Of a DNA stretch of 46,996 nucleotides, positions 8,541 to 14,962 are shown piece by piece. The position numbers and the translations under genes were made by a program. The stretch covers positions 1 through 46,996 of the forward strand of contig CAMLSW010000002.1 in assembly GCA_946484195.1 (NCBI GenBank). The letters are read 5' to 3'. Position 1 is the first letter of the stretch; the number at the start of each line of letters is the position of its first letter. The DNA comes from an uncultured Clostridia bacterium. GTDB taxonomy: Bacteria; Bacillota; Clostridia; Christensenellales; UBA1242. Under the pieces are notes generated by a model. It saw only the letters and a list, made by a program, of their open reading frames with translations. It did not search any database and was not told the origin of the DNA.

Positions 8541-9140
8541 ATGTTGAAAAAGATCAATGAGAGTTTGTTAAATAGTATACTTGAGTATATAAAGCTGTTT
8601 CAGCTTGAGAAGGGGAGAAGTCCGACTCAACGCGAGATAATGAAGGCGCTTAATATATCAAGTCTTTCGCTTGTCAGCCGATACGTCAAAATACTTGAGG
8701 ATAATAGAAGTATCAAAAGAGATACAAACGGCACTATTGATATTCAATTTAACGTCAACTTAAGCCAATCAATTTTAGCCCCAGTGGTTGGTGAGGTTAG
8801 ATGTGGTGAGCCCATATTTGCACAAGAAAACATAGAGTCTGTTTATCGACTTCCTACAGAAATCTTTGGACGTGACAATCTCTTTTTGTTGCACGCCAAG
8901 GGAGACAGTATGCTAGATGTAGGAATAAGGGAAGGAGATTTGCTTGTTGTCAAAAAATGTGAAACAGCAGAAAATGGCGACATTGTTGTGGCACTTCTTG
9001 ATGACTCGGCAACAGTCAAGAGGTTCTACAAGAGAAAAGACTATGTTGTTTTGCACCCCGAAAACGATAAATATGACGACATTATCACAAAAGATGTAAA
9101 AATTTTAGGAATTGTCAAGCAGTATATTCATAGTTTGTAA
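8541..9140 (+). CDS. lexA: LexA-type transcriptional repressor (S24 peptidase)
   Basis: N-terminal winged HTH, cleavage-site region 'VRCGEPI', Ser nucleophile 'GDSM' and Lys in 'ATVKRF'. Confidence 0.85.
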   Translation: MLKKINESLLNSILEYIKLFQLEKGRSPTQREIMKALNISSLSLVSRYVKILEDNRSIKRDTNGTIDIQFNVNLSQSILAPVVGEVRCGEPIFAQENIESVYRLPTEIFGRDNLFLLHAKGDSMLDVGIREGDLLVVKKCETAENGDIVVALLDDSATVKRFYKRKDYVVLHPENDKYDDIITKDVKILGIVKQYIHSL

Positions 9141-9151
9141 GGAGGCAATTT

Positions 9152-9340
9152 GTGAAATTAAAATTATTTTGCCCGCATTGTGGTAGGTGTTTAGGTGAGT
9201 GTATAGCCTCAGATGACACAAGTGATTGTAGAGTGCTAGTCAAACCGCCAATGAAATCAAAAAGAAAGCGTTTTATACATAATATGAAGTGTTTAAAATG
9301 CAAAAATGAGATTTTTATAGTAATGGAGCTCAAAGATTGA
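9152..9340 (+). CDS. small zinc-ribbon protein (Mu Com-like?)
   Basis: GTG start 6 nt after AAGGAGG and 12 nt after the lexA stop. Two CxxC pairs ('CPHC','CLKC') in 62 aa. Confidence 0.55.
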   Translation: MKLKLFCPHCGRCLGECIASDDTSDCRVLVKPPMKSKRKRFIHNMKCLKCKNEIFIVMELKD

Positions 9341-9494
9341 TTAAATGTAGACTTGCTTTTAATAAAAAGCTTAAAAATTGCTATAAAACAAGGTTTTCAA
9401 TAATAGAAAGTATAAAATTTTATAAATAGTCGACATAGCGAACCCAGCGTTCCAAAAGACATTTTTGTTTTTTGTTACGCTGGTTTTTTAATAT

Positions 9495-9521
9495 AAGCCA
9501 GCATTATGCTGGCTTTTTTTG
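9495..9521 (+). terminator. rho-independent terminator (second of two tandem hairpins)
   Basis: aagccagca / tgctggctt stem followed by a T7 run. A weaker hairpin plus T-run lies at 9444-9489. Confidence 0.8.
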
Positions 9522-9643
9522 TTGTGCTTTTATGTTTTTGTGCGGAAATTTAAAAATTTTTTAAAAAACTTTTTTCGTTCGGTCAAATGCTGTCCGATCG
9601 GCAATTGTAGACTTTAAATATCTTAAAAGGAGGTGGGTAGCGA

Positions 9644-9988
9644 ATGGACATTCGTAGCTGTAGCATTACGGCTGATATTTTGAATGTTCTTACTGACGGC
9701 AAAAAGCATACAATAGCTGAAATTGCTCAAATAGTCGAAGTCAGTGAAAAGACAGTAAGACGTCACATTCAGTCGCTTTCATATCGCTATCCAATAACCA
9801 CTTTTAAGGGAGGCATTGAAAGAGGAGGTGTAATACTTGAAAAGCAATATATTTATCAAGGCAGGGTAAGGACAAAAGACGAAATAGATGTAATTGTCGA
9901 GGCATTAAAATGTTATCAAAAAGAATGCAGTGATGTCGGCAAACAAAGCCTAATAAAATCATTGATTGAGGAGTACAGAATGGATTGA
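9644..9988 (+). CDS. HTH domain DNA-binding protein (114 aa)
   Basis: 'HTIAEIAQIVEVSEKTVRRHIQSL' helix-turn-helix. AGGAGG RBS. Confidence 0.7.
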   Translation: MDIRSCSITADILNVLTDGKKHTIAEIAQIVEVSEKTVRRHIQSLSYRYPITTFKGGIERGGVILEKQYIYQGRVRTKDEIDVIVEALKCYQKECSDVGKQSLIKSLIEEYRMD

Positions 9989-9998
9989 ATGCCAGCAT

Positions 9999-10029
9999 CC
10001 CCACAAATTTCACAATTTGCGGGGACCCC
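9999..10029. repeat. hairpin element H1
   Basis: ccccacaaatt-tcac-aatttgcgggg plus 'acccc'. Identical 31 nt at 10200-10230. Confidence 0.85.
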
Positions 10030-10199
10030 AAAAAATGCAACACGAAACTAGGCAGAAGCGCAGGGTGCGATGCTTAACAATTTAGTAGATTTTATTATGT
10101 AAAATTTGTATTTCCATCTCAAAGTCGCGCTGGCGTCGCAAACTACGCTCAGTCTAAGTTGCAGTAGCAACTCTAGCATTATCGCTCGTTTGCTCCTTT

Positions 10200-10230
10200 C
10201 CCCACAAATTTCACAATTTGCGGGGACCCC
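10200..10230. repeat. hairpin element H2 (identical to H1)
   Basis: Same 31 nt as 9999-10029. Confidence 0.85.
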
Positions 10231-10260
10231 GAGAAACTTGCATTTTCGTTTGGCGCGAGA

Positions 10261-10300
10261 ACACCCCTAAAAATCTAACGATTTTCAGGGAAACCCAAAG
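10261..10300. repeat. hairpin element H3 with flanks, present as a clean 40-bp indel
   Basis: ccctaaaaatc-taac-gattttcaggg plus 'aaaccc'. 'gcattttcgtttggcgcgaga' is followed directly by 'gaggcgaaaac' at 10544-10574, but by this 40-bp block at 10240-10311. Confidence 0.8.
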
Positions 10301-10394
10301 GAGGCGAAAACAAATGTTAGGGCGTAGCTTTTCGCTTTAAAAAAGCGAAAACAAGCAACAATGCAGTTTTCGCCTCTGGTGCCGAAGACGGGAG
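10301..10394. repeat. 94-bp direct repeat, copy 1 (tRNA-Leu 3' 18 nt plus 76 nt of downstream flank)
   Basis: Reads identically to 10564-10657. It ends at '..gacgggag', i.e. inside the T-loop of the tRNA sequence. Confidence 0.85.
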
Positions 10395-10400
10395 CCTTCA

Positions 10401-10431
10401 CCCTTAAAATTTGACAATTTTAAGGGAACCC
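10401..10431. repeat. hairpin element H4
   Basis: cccttaaaatt-tgac-aattttaaggg (perfect 11-bp stem) plus 'aaccc'. It abuts the duplicated tRNA-Leu 3' segment. Confidence 0.8.
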
Positions 10432-10563
10432 GAACGAAGAAAAAATCAATATGTAGTTTTTGTTAATATAAAAATAGATACATTTAAACCGCGTGGCGCA
10501 ATAAAGTCGAACTTTAAAAACAAAGTCGCGCAAAATGCGAATGCATTTTCGTTTGGCGCGAGA

Positions 10564-10657
10564 GAGGCGAAAACAAATGTTAGGGCGTAGCTTTTCGCTT
10601 TAAAAAAGCGAAAACAAGCAACAATGCAGTTTTCGCCTCTGGTGCCGAAGACGGGAG
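10564..10657. repeat. 94-bp direct repeat, copy 2 (overlaps the genuine tRNA-Leu 3' end)
   Basis: Identical to 10301-10394 by eye. Confidence 0.85.
10602..10636 (-). terminator. intrinsic terminator of tRNA-Leu
   Basis: On the minus strand: gcgaaaac..gttttcgc followed by T6, starting 4 nt after the CCA. Confidence 0.7.
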
Positions 10658-10725
10658 TCGAACCCGTATGAAGTTGCCCTCGACAGATTTTGAGTCTGTT
10701 GCGTCTGCCATTCCGCCACTTCGGC
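10640..10725 (-). tRNA. tRNA-Leu (anticodon CAA), class II with long variable arm, CCA encoded
   Basis: The reverse complement reads gccgaag-tg-gcggaatggcagacgc-a-acaga CTCAAAA tctgt-cgagggcaacttcat-acggg ttcgact cccgt-cttcggc-a-cca. Confidence 0.92.
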
Positions 10726-10978
10726 TTAAATTAAGTTACTTTTTAATTCTATCATAACTTGAAAAAATTTACAACTACATTTATAAAATTTTTTATTTTT
10801 TATCTATTTTTGTGCGAAAAAGAGAAATTATTTTATCAAAAATAGGTAAAAACTACAACCCCATATTTCAAAAAATAAAAAATTGTCAAACTTTTTCAAT
10901 GTCGAAAAAGGTCGAAAAAGTTATAAATTTATCTAATTTTATCAAATTTTTGGTCATTTTAATCCAAAAAAGTTATAA

Positions 10979-11000
10979 TTTTGTAAAATTTTTTACAAAA
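10979..11000. promoter_or_regulatory. perfect palindrome ttttgtaaaa-tt-ttttacaaaa (operator candidate)
   Basis: 10-bp arms, about 25 bp upstream of the -35 of the 11078 gene promoter. Confidence 0.35.
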
Positions 11001-11025
11001 ATATACAAAATGTTGGCACAAAGAA

Positions 11026-11055
11026 TTGACTATGGCATTTGGGTGAATTTATAAT
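11026..11055 (+). promoter_or_regulatory. promoter of the sigma-r4-like gene
   Basis: TTGACT, 18-nt spacer, TATAAT. Confidence 0.55.
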
Positions 11056-11077
11056 TCGTGTTAAAAGGAGAGAAAAT

Positions 11078-11590
11078 ATGAAATTAAATATATGGACTAA
11101 AACTACATTATACATTTACAAATATCTTGATACAATAGCTGATGCCATCGATAAACTCATAGAGAGGCAGGCATTAAATTCATTTTATTATAATCAAGCG
11201 AGCGCAGCCTCAAGTGATGTAGAGACTGTTTCAAATAAAATCATAGAACTTTCTCAGAGGAAAATCAACCTTATAAATATTAAGGTTGCAATAGACCAAT
11301 CACTTATGGAGATGCCACAAGAGCTTGCTCAACTTTTGATTGAGAGGTATATGGATGGCGAGCGTGGCGAAGATATTGCACTTAGACATAATTTTACTTT
11401 TAGAACATATTTTAGAAGGCTGTTAAAAGCAGAAGATTTTTTCTCTGCGGTTATGGCGAGTAAGGGCATTGATGAAAAAACTTTAAGCCAAAACCTTAAG
11501 CAAGAAAAGTGGGTAGTTGATATTTACAAATCGTTTTTAAGTAGAAAAATAGGGGAAGAGGCGAGCGAAGAGCAACTTATGATGGCTTAG
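11078..11590 (+). CDS. sigma-70 region-4-like / ArpU-RinA-type phage transcriptional regulator (170 aa)
   Basis: ATG at 11078 after AAAGGAGAG. 'RKINLINIKVAIDQSL..PQELAQLLIERYMDGERGEDIALRHNFTFRTYFRRL' matches the pattern of small phage sigma-like activators. Confidence 0.55.
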   Translation: MKLNIWTKTTLYIYKYLDTIADAIDKLIERQALNSFYYNQASAASSDVETVSNKIIELSQRKINLINIKVAIDQSLMEMPQELAQLLIERYMDGERGEDIALRHNFTFRTYFRRLLKAEDFFSAVMASKGIDEKTLSQNLKQEKWVVDIYKSFLSRKIGEEASEEQLMMA

Positions 11591-12384
11591 TTTAAGTCGC
11601 TATCGTCGAATTCGTAGTAGTCGCCGTGTCTTTTCTTTTTAGGTATTTTCTCTGTCACTTTGCCTAGTTTTTCTTTTGCAAAAGATGGCTTAATAAGAAG
11701 ATAGATGACAACCACACACGGCAGGCTGACACCGATTATAATAAAGGTCATAGCAACAGAAGATAGACCTTGCGGGTTTGTTGACGCGGTAAAATTAGGA
11801 TTTTCTACAACTGTAAAATATTCATTGTTTTCTGTGATGTAAAGCTTGTCACAAAAGACCGAGTAAACATAACCAAAGGTGTCATTTGAAAGCTTGCTAT
11901 AATACCAAAGATTGCTCTTGTCTGGTATGGAGTCGCCGTAGGCATATCCATAAAATACAACCGACTCTGTGAGGTAGGGGATATACGCCATCTCATATTG
12001 GTCTTGAAGGTAGGGCTGTGAGTACATATTCATACCATTTAATGCAAAAATTCTAAAATAGAGGGTGGGATAGGGCATAGAGGGCGTGCCTTCCATCGCA
12101 ACAACTTCGCTTTTCTTGACATAACCAAATATGTCGTCATACTGGGCATAATAAAAATCTTGATTTTCATCGTTAAGCAGTAAGACAAAATAGCTCTCAG
12201 GAATAGAAAAAAGTTGATAGTCACTGCTGTCAATAGGCTCTGAATAAAAATAGATGTCCTCTTGCTCTATTTTGGCAAAATATTTGCGGTCGGCTCGAGA
12301 AGTTGCGGGGGTGCTTGAAAATATGACAAAGGTCAAACAAAAAATTAAAGGTAATATTAATAATGATGACATTGATTTTCTCAT
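11587..12384 (-). CDS. secreted/membrane-anchored protein with two SH3b-like repeats and a C-terminal TM helix
   Basis: Signal peptide, 'GYVKKSEV' and 'GYVYSVF' SH3b-like ends, TM segment 'AMTFIIIGVSLPCVVVIYLLI', basic tail. It converges on the previous gene, and their stop codons overlap. Confidence 0.7.
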   Translation of the reverse strand: MRKSMSSLLILPLIFCLTFVIFSSTPATSRADRKYFAKIEQEDIYFYSEPIDSSDYQLFSIPESYFVLLLNDENQDFYYAQYDDIFGYVKKSEVVAMEGTPSMPYPTLYFRIFALNGMNMYSQPYLQDQYEMAYIPYLTESVVFYGYAYGDSIPDKSNLWYYSKLSNDTFGYVYSVFCDKLYITENNEYFTVVENPNFTASTNPQGLSSVAMTFIIIGVSLPCVVVIYLLIKPSFAKEKLGKVTEKIPKKKRHGDYYEFDDSDLN

Positions 12385-12471
12385 AGTTTCATTTTAAATT
12401 TTTAATTTGCGCTATGCAAGAAATAATTTGTCGATAAATTTAATTTTTAAAGGTATTTTGGTGGTTTAATT

Positions 12472-13902
12472 ATGAGTGATTTAATGTATAAACTTAAACT
12501 TGTGAAAAATGAGCTTGAAAAAAGAAAAAAGGATGATTTTTTGTCCCGCTATAATACAGGTGAAAAAATACATAAAAAACAACTTGAATTTCACAAATGT
12601 AACAAGAAAAATAGGTGGGTTTTTGGTGGCAATAGAAGTGGTAAAACCGAGTGTGGCGCCGTTGAGACAATCTATCTTGCCCGTGGCATACATCCATATA
12701 AAAAGAATAAGCCGATTTCTTGCTGGGTGGTGTCTTTATCTAAACAAGTGCAAAGAGATGTTGCGCAAGAAAAAATTTTGCACTATCTGCGAAAAGATTG
12801 GATAGAAAAAGTTGTTATGGCAAGCGGTAGGTCAGACAGCGCCGAGAGTGGTATCATTGATTTTATCTTGGTTAGAAATGTGTTTGGGTCGCTAAGTAAG
12901 ATTGGCTTTAAAAGTTGCGACCAAGGCAGAGAGAAGTTTCAAGGCTCATCTCTCGATTTTGTTTGGTTTGACGAAGAACCGCCTTATGATATCTATCAAG
13001 AGTGCCGTATGCGTGTGCTTGACAAAAAAGGTATGATTTTTGGCACGATGACACCGCTTAAAGGACTTACCTGGGTTTACAATGAAATTTATTTGAACGA
13101 GAATAATGATAGCGAGGTGTGGCATATCGAAATGGAGTGGGCGGATAACCCCTACCTTGATAAAGATGAGATTGAAGCAATGACTAAATCACTCTCACAA
13201 GATGAACTTGAAAGCAGAAGGTATGGCAAGTTTATGCAGTGTGGGGGGCTTGTCTATAGCGAATTTGATGAAAACGTAAATGTAATTGACCCTTTCGACG
13301 TTCCAAAAGAGTGGCAAGATAATATCTCCATAGACCCCGGACTCAATAATCCGCTCTCTGCGCATTGGTATTGCGAGGATTATGATGGCAATGTCTATGT
13401 GGTTGCCGAACACTATGCTCAAGGCAAAGATGTCTACTATCACGCAAATAAAATTAAAGAGATTTGTCAAAAATTAGATTGGCATTATACAAATGGCAAG
13501 ATTTCGGCACTGATTGATAGCGCCGCTATGCAAAGGACCCTTGCAAGCTCAAAAAGCGTGGTAGATTTGTTCTATGAAAATGATATTTTGGTCAATCCTA
13601 GGGTAAATAAAGATATGTTCAGCGGGATAAACACGGTTAAGAGATACTTAAAAGACGGCGAAGGTAAACCGCATCTATTTATTTTTAGAAACTGTACAAA
13701 CCTTATTAGAGAGATAAAATCTTATTGGTGGGGTGATAACGACCTTCCTATTAAAAGAGATGACCACTGCCTAGATGAGATGAGGTATTACCTTATGGAT
13801 AAACAGCTTACTCTTAGAATAAAGGATAAAAAGAACGAGATACAAAAGGATAAACAGCGCCTCATCAAGCAACTAAAAACGAGTAAGTATCATTTAAAGT
13901 AG
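12472..13902 (+). CDS. phage terminase large subunit (TerL), apparently intact
   Basis: Walker A 'GGNRSGKT', Walker B 'DFVWFDEE', nuclease-domain motifs 'SIDPG' and 'DDHCLDEMRY'. 476 aa. Confidence 0.85.
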   Translation: MSDLMYKLKLVKNELEKRKKDDFLSRYNTGEKIHKKQLEFHKCNKKNRWVFGGNRSGKTECGAVETIYLARGIHPYKKNKPISCWVVSLSKQVQRDVAQEKILHYLRKDWIEKVVMASGRSDSAESGIIDFILVRNVFGSLSKIGFKSCDQGREKFQGSSLDFVWFDEEPPYDIYQECRMRVLDKKGMIFGTMTPLKGLTWVYNEIYLNENNDSEVWHIEMEWADNPYLDKDEIEAMTKSLSQDELESRRYGKFMQCGGLVYSEFDENVNVIDPFDVPKEWQDNISIDPGLNNPLSAHWYCEDYDGNVYVVAEHYAQGKDVYYHANKIKEICQKLDWHYTNGKISALIDSAAMQRTLASSKSVVDLFYENDILVNPRVNKDMFSGINTVKRYLKDGEGKPHLFIFRNCTNLIREIKSYWWGDNDLPIKRDDHCLDEMRYYLMDKQLTLRIKDKKNEIQKDKQRLIKQLKTSKYHLK

Positions 13903-13974
13903 AATTTTTTATCAATATAAATAAGACAAATTATTTTATTAATAAAATAAATCCATAATGTGGTGGCTTTTCGT

Positions 13975-14002
13975 TTGTAAAATTTTTACTTTTTGGTATA
14001 AT
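13975..14002 (+). promoter_or_regulatory. promoter (extended -10) of the 14027 gene
   Basis: TTGTAA, 16-nt spacer ending in TGG, TATAAT. Confidence 0.55.
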
Positions 14003-14026
14003 AAAGTAAGAAAAGGGGTGTATCAT

Positions 14027-14623
14027 ATGAAAAGTCTGAAAGCAAAATTGCTTACAGTTATATCGACATTCATCCTTGCAATTGCTATGCTTATTGTCGG
14101 TGTTTGGGCGGTAGCAGAGAGCCAGCATATAAACCTAAGCGGAAGTGTTGACTTTACAATAGCCGATAATAGCCTATATATTAAAGATATACAAAGAAGA
14201 GATGCAGGCTCAACTGAACAAGGTACAACAATAGAAAATTTTATGCCAGGCTTTGTTCAAAGTGATTTTCAGTTGAATTTAGGGTCGTTTGATGCCACAA
14301 CAAATTTTGATTTAGTAATAGACATTGTAAATACCTCTACAACGATATATGAAGTTAATACAAACATAACAAATGGTTCAGTTAGCATAAGTGGAAGAAT
14401 AGAGGGAGACGGAGTACCAATAGTAGATGTGGCGACTGCCGACATTTCAGGGCAAATCATTTTAAGCGTAACAGTTACTTTGGCAGGACAAATAATCCTA
14501 GACCAAGTTGACATACCACTGACCGAGTATATTCCAATTGTTTATGACTACTTTACTTTTGTAATAAATGACGATAATCAAACAGTAACGATTTTTAATA
14601 ACAAAAATGTTATTTGCAAATAA
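14027..14623 (+). CDS. secreted protein; stand-alone (truncated?) paralog of the N-terminal domain of the 19048 LRR protein
   Basis: ATG at 14027 after AAAAGGGG. 'MKSLKAKLL..LIVGVWAVAESQHINLSGSVDFTI' aligns with the 19048 product over about 190 aa. It ends 'FTFVINDDNQTVTIFNN', where the paralog continues into LRRs. Confidence 0.75.
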   Translation: MKSLKAKLLTVISTFILAIAMLIVGVWAVAESQHINLSGSVDFTIADNSLYIKDIQRRDAGSTEQGTTIENFMPGFVQSDFQLNLGSFDATTNFDLVIDIVNTSTTIYEVNTNITNGSVSISGRIEGDGVPIVDVATADISGQIILSVTVTLAGQIILDQVDIPLTEYIPIVYDYFTFVINDDNQTVTIFNNKNVICK

Positions 14624-14962
14624 AAGTTGGTGGCGTTAAAAGTTAATTTTGTTGATATGTACGTTATAAATTGTACTTAATGTAATTATATAAAGCTATA
14701 TGTAACTAATATTATTATTTTTAATTATTAACAACTAAAACAAAAAGAAGAGAGATTAATTGTATTTTTGCAAAATCGCCCTTCTTTTTTTGATATGTTT
14801 ATATGCTAATATGAAAAAATATTGAGATAAAATAAAAAATTATTGATTAAAAAATATTAATAATTAAAATATTTTAAAAATATTTGCAAAAAATATAATT
14901 ATATGTTAAATTAAATATAGGATTTTACTTTACAATTTTGCCTGCATTTTTTAAGGTGAGTT

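Noticed and set aside
10812-11054. 80-aa ORF in the track
   Set aside because: It has a GTG start without an RBS and a low-complexity K/I/F/N composition typical of AT-rich spacer. It also overlaps the promoter and operator region of the 11078 gene.
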